A stretch of DNA of 63,815 nucleotides, the filler included, from Polymyxa betae A26-41 (taxonomy: Eukaryota > Protista > Endomyxa: Phytomyxea): assembly GCA_003693705.1 (NCBI GenBank). It is 5 parts of 5 records of this genome, joined end to end, with 100 filler letters (N's around TTAATTAATTAA, not from the genome) between each part and the next. Parts side by side here need not be neighbours in the genome. Positions count along the whole stretch, not along the records: positions 40,503 to 49,106 come from RBZT01000973.1; positions 49,207 to 61,230 come from RBZT01000455.1; 3 more parts are not named here. One strand, written 5' to 3'. Within the stretch, counting starts at the first letter, position 1. Every line of letters starts with the position of its first letter. The position numbers and the translations under genes are program-made. Positions 41,025 to 51,950 of the stretch are shown here, in pieces. The notes below the pieces were generated by a model that worked only from the letters and a program-made list of their open reading frames with translations, was not told the DNA's origin and did no database searches.

Positions 41025-41197
41025 TGTGTCAGATGTCAGCGATACGTTGTTTTCAGGCAGATTAGAATAATGTATTCATTAGTAGGAATAAAGAACAGCA
41101 AGCTTGGACCCGATTACCGATCTCCATAAGTAGTTTCCGTTCCGATCATTCATATAGTCCGTCACCACAGAATGGCCGTAAGCTGCTATCCACCACA
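41025..41197 (-). repeat. 3' LTR (173 bp)
   Basis: Direct repeat of 48633-48796; PPT adjacent. Confidence 0.92.
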
Positions 41198-41883
41198 CCG
41201 CCTTCTCCCAAAACAAGTTTCATGAGTGACGAGAGTGAACTTGAGTAATAGAAGTATATAAAAATTTGATTGTTTGAGTTTTGAAGCACCAGTAAAACTT
41301 ACAGGACTATCCGCTGCCCTCGGTATAGATACAAGTAGGAAAAAAGGTCTCCTTCCTCATTGTTGCACAGTGAGATGAGGCAAAGTGTCCGTGCTTATCT
41401 AAGGAATCACTGGGTGATTTGGGTTATTTTGAAGAAATTCTAGTATGACTTGAGGATTCTCAGTACGGACACTGAATCCTGGGCACCATGAATTCTCAAC
41501 ATTGTCAAATCCCCGCTATTTAATAAGAAACTCTATATCTGTTTTTGTAGAATTAATCCTTGCATCAATAATTTTCTCAATATCACGCAATGCAGTATCA
41601 TAGGCAAATTGATTCAAAATTTCTTATGTATCATTAAGCGATTTTTCAGAATAAAATTGAATACGATCACCATGTGCCTTTTGAATCTCATTAGTGAGTA
41701 GGTTTTCAACTGAGAAAACATAGCCTTTATGAATATCAACTATTCTAAATGGTCCATGCCATGTTAATGATAATTTGCTGAGTCTCTTTTTTTCTGGAAC
41801 TGCAACCAAGACATAATCACCAATTCCAAAGTTTGGAAAAATCGATTGCGAGAGGAGTGTTCTCTATGACGCGATCCTTCAAG

Positions 41884-42736
41884 TAGGGTTCCGATCGGTA
41901 CCGTTCGGGTCGGGTACCGGTAGTACCGGCTACCGAAGCACATATAGACTGAAAGTCTCAGAAAACCCCACTCAGAAAAACCCAAGTTTCAGTATAAAAT
42001 TAATCTGTCATTTCAATCATTTAAAGCGCATTCCCCAAATATCAGGGAATTTAAATTTTCTTGAGTCGATGACTGTGGAGACCAATATATTCGCGACCGC
42101 AGTTCATAATCAGCTCCACTGAGACCGATGAACCTGGGATAGAGAGAACATCTTTCCCAACTTCACTAAAACCCGATTGGATCGACCTGGGGGCCGTCGC
42201 GAGGAAGGCTGATAATCTTATCAACTTCGTCCATGATCTCACCGTTTGAGAAGAAAAGGTGATGATCCCATCAGTGTCTGTCTTGTTTATCTGATCATAA
42301 ACAGTCCCCTCGGATTGATCGGCTGTTGAATAATTTCCATTTGAACAGATTTCAACATGTTTGGGGTCAATCTCGGTTCCAGATGCTGAAAAATGTTATA
42401 ACACGTTTGACACAAGGCTACTGCCGGAGCTTTCACTCAACAGTATGGGCTCGTAATCGCTCAAGACAGGATCGAAAACTCCAATCCCCAGATTGGCGCG
42501 AAGGAAAGGTGCATTTACGGGTCACAGTGGAGCGTCAGCCCTTCGCTTCCGAGTATGAAACAAGGTTACAAGAAGGGTTTCAAAGTCCGCAACGCAGACT
42601 TTCCTAGCACTCTCTATTCCTAGGCCGGTAGTGTCGGTACTGTAGTCGGGTCGGGTACCACCCATCTACCGGTATCCGACCGGGAGACTACCGGAGCGCC
42701 GGCAGTCGGGTAGTACCGGTATCGTTCGGAACCCTA
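41884..42736 (-). mobile_element. Non-autonomous hAT derivative inserted in the Gypsy integrase region
   Basis: TIR TAGGGTTCCGA/TCGGAACCCTA; ACCG/CGGT-rich subtermini; hAT dimerisation motif DVLSIPGSSVSVE..MNCGR..IG...RL; degenerate 8-bp TSD CCTTCAAG/CTTTTAAC. Confidence 0.82.
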
Positions 42737-45105
42737 CTTTTAACTTCAGTGATATCATATATGTCCTTATGCATATCATTTAGGCTTTCGATCAACTTAT
42801 CAGTAGCCTGAAAAATTATAACAGATTCTACTTCAATTGGACTAATTCCAATTTCAGGATGAAAGAAGATTGAATCAAATGGATTGTCAGCTGGTAGGCC
42901 AGTCATGACTGTAATGGGTGCGCGACCTCCCAAGCGCTGTTGCGGCCTATGATTTAGCGTGTGCTGAACCAAGTTAATTAACAATGGCCATTGCAATTTG
43001 TTGTAACGTAATTCTGAGATTAAGGATCGTAATAGATTCAAAATCTCTCTGCTTATAATTTCAATAGAGCCATTTGAGTAATGAGAATATGATGTAACAA
43101 AATGTTGATTTGTACCAATTCGCTTTGAACTCTTTCATGGTTTGGGATAGGAAAATTGATGCTTGGTCAGAGACATAAATCTCTGAATTCCCAAATGTCG
43201 CACGCCATTCCAACAATGCTTCAGCCGTTACTCTTGTATTCGGTATCAAAACTGGTCTTAACAGAACCATTCCAGAGAAATCGTCTCTGATGACAAATAA
43301 CCATTGATAGTCAACAGTATTATCCTCTCTAGGAGAAATATACATATAGTCAAAGTGTAGGACCTGATTAGGACGTACTCCATGACACGCAGTTCCCAAC
43401 GGGCGCGGGATGAGAAAACCCTTTCGTGTTGGTAAACAGTGCAAACATTCGGAGCAGATTTTTCGAATATCTTGCTCCATTCCTATCCAGTAGACCCATT
43501 GTTTCAATAAACTTAAAGCCGCGTGGTAACCTAAATGTCCACTATGGCATCCAGCATGAGCGATTATACACAATCGGAGTCGTAGACTTTCACATTGTAT
43601 TAGAATAATAATACGCCCATTAGAATCCACCAATAATCCATCAGAATCCCGAGCGCTTTGGCTATTTGGAAAATATTGATTTTGCATCCCTGCAATTTCT
43701 GAAGTCTCTGGCCAGAGCATATTTTTGAATGGTTGGATTCTAAAAGAGGAATCTACAGAATAGGGTTCATTACAGTGATCAGAAATGCGTAACGCATTAA
43801 TTTGAGTCACTGGCTGCGTATCAAATTTGCCTGCCCCCCAGCGAGACAGTAGATCAGCCCAATGATTCTGTTCACCAGGGATATGATGGATCACATACTG
43901 ATAATCACGTAATTCAATACCCCATCTGATTAGACGCTCTGCAGACTGTTTAGAGCATTTACATGGATTATACATCGAAATGAGATTTCGATGATCCGTA
44001 TATAGCCTAAACGGTTGAGGCATATGTAGTGGATACGATAATTTGCGAAAAGTATCTTTGTTTGCGAACGCTTCTTTATCTACAGTAGCCTAGTTCAGCT
44101 CTGATCCATTAAAACGATGTCCAGCGAAACCAAGTGGCTGATGTCGCTGTTGATGAAACGGCACATGTAGATCTTCTGTCGGAATTTGAGTTACAATTTT
44201 TAAACTAGAATGATAGCTGGCATCACAGAATACACATTGTATCATGTTTTCATTTGGATATGCCAATTGAACAGAAGCAGCAATTGCCATTTTCAGTTTA
44301 TTGAAAGCATTATCGTGAAGGCTGTTCCAACCAAAGTTAGATAATTATATACGATTCGTAACCGCTTTTGTTCGTTTTTTCTTTAACTTCATAGTAGTTT
44401 CAATCAAATCCTGCAATGGAGTTATAATTCCGTTGTAATTTGGAATAGATCGACTCATCCATTGAGAAGCCATTAAAGTCTGCTGTAATTCACGAGCAGT
44501 GGTTGGTGTTGTCATATTAGCTAAAGCCTGAATCCGAGATGGATCATGAGAAACACCATCGGATTTAAAAATTCTCCCACAAAACTTTAACCTCTTGCAG
44601 AAGGAATTGGCAATTTCCAATGTTGAATTTTAGGTTAAATGTTTCCGCTAATTTCAGAGTTTTACTCAGCTCTTCTAACAATTTTTCCTGAGCTTCTGCG
44701 TGTCCAAGTAAATCATCTATCCAAATGATCAAGGATTTATATAATAAATCACTAAATATCTAATAAATCACTAAATATCTGAGTCATTCTTGCTTGGAAT
44801 TGTGTCGCAGAGTTCAATGCTCCTTGAAAAAATCGAGTTGGAGTAAACACCCCACGATCAGAAATAAAGGAGAACATTTCCTGACAGGTTTCATCTAAAG
44901 GCATAATCCAAAACCCTTTAATCGCGTCTAAAATAAACCAATAGTTTGATTTGGAAAAATATTGAACAATAGATTCCAAAAATGGCATAGTCCAGGCTGT
45001 TGAGATACAATGAGAGTTGACAGCTCTGTGATCAAAATATCATTTCCCAAAAGGACTTCAGTGTTTAATTGATCCCATATGAGACATCTCTGATTTGGAA
45101 ATATC

Positions 45106-45278
45106 AGATTTCCTGCTTTTGTCTCAAACTTTATGTCAATAACAACTGCCTGCTTAATCTCTATAAATTCTGAGTTCGGCATTTGTAATTCAGTGATATT
45201 TCCTGCTTTTGTCTCTAACTTTATGTCAATGACACCTGCCTGCTTAATCTCTATAAATTCTGAGTTCGGCATTTGTAA
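45106..45278. repeat. ~90-bp tandem duplication in the Gypsy protease region
   Basis: LQMPNSEFIEIKQA.VIDIK.ETKAGN encoded twice. Confidence 0.9.
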
Positions 45279-45660
45279 ATTCAGAGATGGCTTAACTGAT
45301 TCGATCTGTAAATTATGGTCAAGTGCTCTTAGTTTATATAAAACGTTAGTTGACATAATAGTGGCATCAGTTCCACTGTCGAGAAGTGCGTTACAGATCA
45401 ATTTGCCGTCAGCCAGTACGACTTTAACAGTACTTTCAGTTTTCAAAAAATCACTGGCTACCTTCGCTATAGTAATATAAGCAGAAGATTTTGATGATTT
45501 ATTATTATTTTTAAGTACCGTATAGTGCGGGACTTTGTACACTACGGGACTTTGTACCCCCCCAGTGAAAATTGATGTATATTTTATAATATTTCTTTTG
45601 TGAGGACATTTATATTGGCGCAAATGAAATATCTGCGTAGGCCACGTCAAGCCGAGTCGA

Positions 45661-46143
45661 TTGATGTATAGAATGTCAATCTTTGTCTTTTTCTGTGATG
45701 GTGAGGGGCTCCATCAGCACCAGCCAGGCGAGGTCATCGACATCGTTGGAGTTGCGTCTGGCGATTCAGGCCGAACCTGTGAGAATCACTCAGTTTGTGG
45801 GTCGTCCGTCAAGCTGGGCTCTATTGTCAGGATTCGGGCGATGCAAATTTTAACAAGTAAACGTCTGAGTGTGTATTCTGAAACGAAATGCGACCCTGTT
45901 TGCTATCTCGTAGGCAATAATGTCGAGGAGACTGCACTCGCTGTGTTTCTCGTCACAGATGGCGTAAATGGCTGCCGAGTCGGCTTTATGCCCAGACATT
46001 TTGTGTTCCTGAAACACAGATACGATAAGCAGCTTGCGAAAGTCATTGAAGATCTTTCGGTCTCCGATTTAAAAGCTGATCGAGCAAATTCCAACCGGAA
46101 TTGTGGACAGCGCGCGGTGCTACTTCCTGATCAACTGTATTAA
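45661..46143 (+). CDS. pogo cargo gene: HIRAN-like beta-barrel protein with C-x2-H-x2-C motif; likely in-frame intron 45857-45913
   Basis: IDIVGV..GRTCENHSVCG..V..G..V, EETALAV..V.DG..CRVGFMPR; open ORF inside the TIRs. Confidence 0.65.
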   Translation: MMYRMSIFVFFCDGEGLHQHQPGEVIDIVGVASGDSGRTCENHSVCGSSVKLGSIVRIRAMQILTSKRLSVYSETKCDPVCYLVGNNVEETALAVFLVTDGVNGCRVGFMPRHFVFLKHRYDKQLAKVIEDLSVSDLKADRANSNRNCGQRAVLLPDQLY

Positions 46144-46174
46144 AAATAAACAAAGCCGATGAACCAGAGCCAGT

Positions 46175-47447
46175 TCAATCGTCGAAGTAATTAAACCCTT
46201 GACGGCGCCATGAATTACGAGCCGTTTCACTATTAATTTCTTTAAGTGAGGCAATAATCCATTCGGATAAGAGCTCTCTTGACGGCGGCTTGATTTTTGC
46301 GAAACGATCTTGTGTATCCAGCCATTCCTCAAATCGGTGACGCATTCGCGTTTTCAAAGGCTTGCCAATTCCTACATCGATTGGCTGTGCGAGGCCTGTA
46401 CATCCACCTGGTATATGCTCAACCTGAATTCCGAGGTCTTGAATTCTGGTAACGATAGGTGCCATCAAATGGCAAAGGTACGAGTCAAGTAAGAGCACAG
46501 CTCTTTCTTGATTTGGGTTATTAGCCCGAATGTAAGGTTCCAACACCTGTCGAACAATCATGATAGAAACCAGGAGCACAATTGTCTTTTTTACCTTATC
46601 GATCCATTTGATCATCATCTTTTCGTCCATCCAGGCCTTATCCTGGCAAGCATAAACTGCACCTTCTGAAAACGAAGAGAAGGACCGAGCAATTAAACCA
46701 GAAGATTTGCCCTTGAAAATTATCATTGGAGGAAGAATGTTGCCATTCGCTGTCACAGTGACGCCAACAGTAACGGGTAAAGTCGAATCTGTACTTGAGC
46801 GAATGTTAACCGTTCGTTCTCCAATACGATTCAATGTAGTGCGGGGTTCCATGGAAAAGAATACAGGAGTCTGATACATGTTAAGAATTAAACTCTGCTC
46901 CGGAAACCAAGGCAGTTGCTTTCGGACAGATTGAATGAAGTCCACAGCCAATTCACGGGTTTCGGCAGGATTTTGCTGGGCCACATGTGTCCCAACTCTG
47001 ATTCCATAACGATGTTTTTTCAAAAACCGGCGGACGGTTGCAATTCTAGCCTCTTCGGATTTTTCCGTAAAGTCCCTGTCAAGGGACTTCGCGTAGGAAT
47101 CGACCATCCGCGTCGAAACCGCTGTTTTACACAATTATTTAAATTTTTTAAAAAATTAAAATGATAGAGGCAACGTTACCAAATCTGCATTCCCGTCTTT
47201 TGAAAATGTAGCTTAAAATGTCTTCTTGGTAGACGTCCAAAATGGACGGTGCACCAATGCAAATACTTTTAGCCGAACGTCGAACAGATTTTATTTGCTC
47301 GATATTTTTCCTCCAGCGAGACACTTGGCCTTGCTGGACGCTGAGACTGGCGCAAACAGCCTTGGCGGACATGCCAGGCTCGCGTTCGTCTATTGCTTTC
47401 AATATATCGAGCTTTTGAGCCGCGGTATAGGTCTTCCGTTGAGGCAT
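46175..47447 (-). CDS. pogo transposase (HTH + CENP-B HTH + DDE_1, DD35D); first Asp mutated to Tyr
   Basis: NMYQTP (normally NMDQTP), AWMD, LLLDSY, IPGGCT..AQPIDVGI; introns ~47122-47179 and ~46547-46594. Confidence 0.92.
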
Positions 47448-48632
47448 GATATCAGATATCGATTGGAATGAGCTGGGTAGGCTGTATATAGGTAGAAATT
47501 AAATTTCGCGCGCGGACATTGTCCGGGACTTTGTACCCCTCCATCCAGAATCATGTATATTTGGGGGGTACAAAGTCCCGCACTATACGGTAGTTTGTAC
47601 TGATCAATAAGTTGCTTTTGCTCTGTAGCAGAAGGCTTCAAAGGACAAACTTTGATGTGATGACCCTCCTTGTGGCATTTAAGACACTTTATAGTAGTGC
47701 GTGCTTTTTTCGCAACAGTATTAGCTGAAGACGAAGATGAGGGTGATGATGACGAAACGGGCCGTTTCGCAAACTTGTTATGATTCGGTCGGGAATATTT
47801 AAAAACATTATCATAAGTTTCGACCTTTTCATATAATTCAGCTACGAAACCGCATCATTCGTCCTCTAACTCCGACCGCTGCCACTGAATTTGGTCTTTC
47901 ATATGCAGCTTAAATTCAATTGGCTGCAAAACTTCGCAAAGAAGACGGACATAGTTTTTCGGGCCATTTTTTTGAAGAAAAGGCTGCCCGAAAATTATTT
48001 GATTCGATGAGATAAACAAAATCATGGACCAAATGTGAAATTCGGTCCCGAGGGGGTAAATCCATCCTCATTCGTAAATTGGAGACGACAGTCTCACGAA
48101 TTTGATGAACAGAAGAAGCATCAGCCTCTAAATATTCATCAAATACATGTTCCAGCATCTGGTACGTGACGTTGTTGCGGGTTGTGCCTTCCGGAAGTTT
48201 GTGAAAATGATGGTTCTCCAAAAAGTTCATCAAGCTATCGTCAATCATATACTTGATCGCCACTGGGAAAGCCGTAGCACCAGCTCCTCTCTATGAGCAT
48301 CCAGAAGAATGTCGCGATATCGACGAACTTGTTTTTTAAATTCAATAATGGATTTGCGATCCATTTTCATCAACAGAGGAGGTTGCGTCGGATGAAACAT
48401 AACTGCAGTATTCACTGCTGATGATGCAGTTGATGACTGCATGCGAGCGTTAGCACCGAACTGGCCCAAATTCTCCCCTTCAAAATCCATGCGGTCACTG
48501 TCTCGAGTGTTCCCATCACTCTGAGTATTCAACCGATTCCCCGCTCGGTTTAACACTTCTGTAAGAGCTTCCACCGCCGCAGATGCTGATAACGATGTCA
48601 TAGTATAGCCTTTTTTTAACTACAGAAATTTC

Positions 48633-48796
48633 TGTGACAGGAGTCAACGATACGTTGTTTTCAGGCAGATTAGAATAATGTATTCATTAGTAGGAATAAA
48701 GAACAGCAAGCTTGGACCCGATTACCGATCTCCATAAGTAGTTTCCGTTCCGATCATTCATATAGTCCGTCACCACGTAAGCTGCTATCCACCACA
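48633..48796 (-). repeat. 5' LTR (164 bp)
   Basis: Matches the 3' LTR except a 9-bp indel and a few substitutions. Confidence 0.92.
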
Positions 48797-49106
48797 TACG
48801 TCTTCATACTTTAATCTTGTTCGCATCTTTGTCACGCATCAGATTCATGCGTGAGTCTTTAAGGCTTCTCTGCGTGCGCTGATCTTCAATCTGCGTTCGC
48901 ACTTTAAAAGTGATAGAAGATTTTATAATGTTTTTAATAAATCTGATGCACTCCCCTCCTCAAAATATGTCCTCAGTTGAATTTCCTCTTAGCTAGCTGT
49001 TTACATCCATCGAAAATATCGAAGATTGATCAAATAATCAAATTTCAGTTTCCTTAGGGTTTTGGGGTTTAAGGGTTTAAATAAATTCCCATATGAAAAA
49101 GTATAT

Positions 49107-49206
49107 NNNNNNNNNNNNNNNNNNNNNNNNNNNNNNNNNNNNNNNNNNNNTTAATTAATTAANNNNNNNNNNNNNNNNNNNNNNNNNNNNNNNNNNNNNN
49201 NNNNNN
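49107..49206. other. Artificial contig spacer
   Basis: N-TTAATTAATTAA-N linker. Confidence 0.97.
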
Positions 49207-49211
49207 AATTA

Positions 49212-49313
49212 ACGACCCTGCTAGGCGTACGAGTACTCGCAGAAATAGTTGCGCGTACGAGTACTCGTACGCGCAACTATTTCTGCGAGTACTCGTACGC
49301 CTAGCAGGGTCGT
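49212..49313. repeat. 102-bp perfect palindrome (hairpin/MITE-like element)
   Basis: Self-complementary about the centre 49262/49263; AT-rich flanks. Confidence 0.95.
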
Positions 49314-49341
49314 ATTCATAATCAGGAGGATGTACTTGTAA

Positions 49342-49961
49342 AAACTATCTCCCGGAAACGTCCTCGTAATGACAAGATCATCGCGAACCGACCTTCTGCA
49401 TTGTTTTAAAGCGACACACCCATCCGAGCGCCCATCAGAGAGATCCCCGCCATAACCGTACCGTCCCTCTGGCGCACATCCTCCTCTCGTCCGAGAAAGT
49501 CCGTTACTGCACTCGCTGACTCCATTGACTGAAGCAACTGAGTTGTGACTAAAATGGATCCCGTTCCCCAGCCGGACCGTACTGCAATAGGAGGCTCTGG
49601 GGAGGAGGAGGAGGAGGAGGAGGAGGTGAAATGCTCGTCAGAAGCGGGGCTACCTCTGCTCCGTAGTCTGCTGAAGTGTAGGCACGGAGCACCTACTGAC
49701 GTTCCGTTCGGCGGATCACTCAGTTGCGTGGTGCTGCGACTCGCCTTTCGGCTGGACCTGGTCGGATATCGGATTGCTCTCACCAACAACATCTTCATTA
49801 CACCGTACAATTATTGTTCCGGATTTACCTCCTGTTCAGGAATCTATCAATGTAATATTTCCTTATCAAGTCTCATGTCATAGCATCCTCTGAGCCTGAA
49901 ACTATCTCCCGGAATCGTCCTCGTATTAACAAGACATCATCGCCAACCGACCTTCTGTATT
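49342..49961 (+). repeat. Pair of ~62-bp imperfect direct repeats (49342-49402, 49899-49961) flanking ~500 bp with a (GAG)n tract
   Basis: AAACTATCTCCCGGAA.CGTCCTCGTA..ACAAGA..ATCGC.AACCGACCTTCTG.ATT twice. Confidence 0.75.
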
Positions 49962-49979
49962 CCTTCAATCATAATGTGA

Positions 49980-51640
49980 CTGATATCAATGACTATAACA
50001 GTCTCTGCAAGTTTCTGGTGAATTTTAAGAAGCCGTTTTGTCCCACTGTATATTGATTTTAGATTAGTTCAAAGAGCCGAATAATGAGGAACTTCAGTTT
50101 CTATCTTCAAAGTCTGGTATTGATTCAGGTCAATACTCCATGATCAACTGTCCATTAATTATTAACGTGAATGGACATGATCTTGATGTGAGTGAAATTC
50201 AACAAATCTGCCGTGCTCAGAGCACATTACAAAAACTGATTCTAATTTCGAATCTGTATCGGAAATTGACCTGGGCCTCCCGGAAATAATGAATGGTCTC
50301 TAAGCAAAGCTGATAAGAAAATTCGGAATTGGATGTATCAGTTGGGTCGTCCTGTATTACGATGTGTTATGAACTGCTGTGAGAAAGATCTCCGAATGTT
50401 TCAGAGAGTATGGGGGAATCCCTTCTGTCATTACAACCATCATGAGAAATGTTCCGGAAATCAATGCCCATCCAAACTGTTGACTTCCGATCAGTCTGTG
50501 AATCACGACGTCCGAGACAGTGCTTTCCTGTCTATTGACCCCCCGGATCTACTGAGTGACACAAATCCCTCCGTAAAACGGAGGAAAGTTTGTTCACCAC
50601 CAAAGAATTTCATTCGGCCAAAGCTTAGCGCGCTGTCTGATTTCTTGGACTTGTTTGATTTTGATGTGGAGAAGATTTCAGACTACACTACTCTGTGTGC
50701 TTTTCTGGTGATATTTATTCATATTGAATGGGGAATTTCACATTGAATCTGTAATTTAGAAGAAGCAGCCTGATTATGACGAATACGCGTTTTTGCTTAC
50801 ACAAATACATTGATCACATCAAAGGGCAGCATAAAACAAGTTGCAAAAGACCCCATTATTATCAATGTTCTCGATGATCAGATCATATTGACCGAAATCT
50901 CGGAAATTTCGTCTCTGGAGACCACGTTACAGAGGCTGATATTGGTGGCCAGTTTATGTCTGAGAATAATTCGGGCCATAATTACCGACCCGAAATTCAA
51001 CATCAGCCGTGAAGGCTGTGAGAATTGACTATACCGAACATGTTACCCAGTTCTTTCATGTGTTACAATATGCTGTCAGAATGATCATCGGACTTTTCAA
51101 TCTCGATGGGGAAATCCGTTTTCGCATAGCAGTTTTAACAAGCTTTGCTCCAGGCACAAAGGCAAGAGTAAACAGTGCGGATTTGAGACTCTCATTGTCA
51201 GTGACAATGGAAGATACTCCATCAAATCACAGCTAGTTTGTGATAGAGACGGTCTCGCTCATTGTCTATTGAGATATTCTATGAAAGGATTGGAGACGGT
51301 ATTTTATGCTCACGTTTATTTGTATTTTCTGAATATATCACAGAAGCTCATTTTGGAGTGTATTAAGTTAATGATGGATGAACTGAAGAAGCGGAATTTG
51401 TACTCATCATCTGATCTGAGTGAATATCTCGGACATTCTCTTCATCCAATATTATACTGTCTTGAACATCATTGTAATAATGATGTCAATTATTTCTCTC
51501 ATATATTGGAGATTTTATAGATCATTATCAATTTCATCACAAATACTGTCCTGGACCTACTGGAAAACGTCCTGCTCAATCTGCTGTAAATTCCATCATG
51601 AGTATTTAATCAGTAAAGAATCTTGAATTTGACTCATCTC
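49980..51640 (+). CDS. Probable multi-exon gene or pseudogene of unknown function
   Basis: Series of plus-strand open segments with intron-like junctions; no family recognised. Confidence 0.3.
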
Positions 51641-51661
51641 AACAAGTTCCTAAAGCTCCCT

Positions 51662-51875
51662 ATCTTGCCATGTTCTGGATCCTCCAAACCAATGACCGAT
51701 CTAAATTGCCTCCGAATCTGTTTGTCTGCCCTAAGTTTTGTGCGAGCTCTGTCTTGGTTGGGGCAGCGATCTTGCCATGTTCTGGATCCTCCAAACCAAT
51801 GACCGATCTAAATTGCCTCCGAATCTGTTTGTCTGCCCTAAGTTTTGTGTGAGCTCTGTCTTGGTTGGGGCAGCG
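51662..51875. repeat. 107-bp tandem duplication (2 copies)
   Basis: 51662-51768 and 51769-51875 nearly identical. Confidence 0.92.
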
Positions 51876-51950
51876 GCCTCTCTGTGACTCTGTTGGAGAA
51901 GGCGAGCTCTCTGTGAGCTGTGGTTGGGCTGCGCCTCTGGGAATCCCGAT

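Larger units (their letters stand above)
45518..47590 (-). mobile_element. pogo-superfamily (Tc1/mariner group) DNA transposon, 2073 bp, two genes
   Basis: 23-bp perfect TIR CCGTATAGTGCGGGACTTTGTAC; TA TSD at 45516-17 and 47591-92; subterminal GGGACTTTGTAC repeats; excision restores host frame QYKL|LKNNN. Confidence 0.95.
41025..48796 (-). mobile_element. Ty3/Gypsy LTR retrotransposon with chromodomain and short LTRs, interrupted by two DNA transposons
   Basis: LTRs 41025-41197 and 48633-48796 (TG..CA); perfect 5-bp TSD TACGT; PPT TGGGAGAAGGCGG; gag with CCHC knuckle, protease LLDSGTD, RT WIDD, RNase H CDAS/YTDHRNL, integrase, chromodomain at ~41410-41600. Confidence 0.95.

Noticed and set aside
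44928-45650. 240-aa ORF as a novel fusion protein
   Set aside because: Chance read-through from the pogo terminus into the decayed Gypsy protease, which has a duplication and a deletion
49054-49079. TTAGGGTTTTGGGGTTTAAGGGTTT telomere-like tract
   Set aside because: Only about three degenerate units; too short to call a telomere
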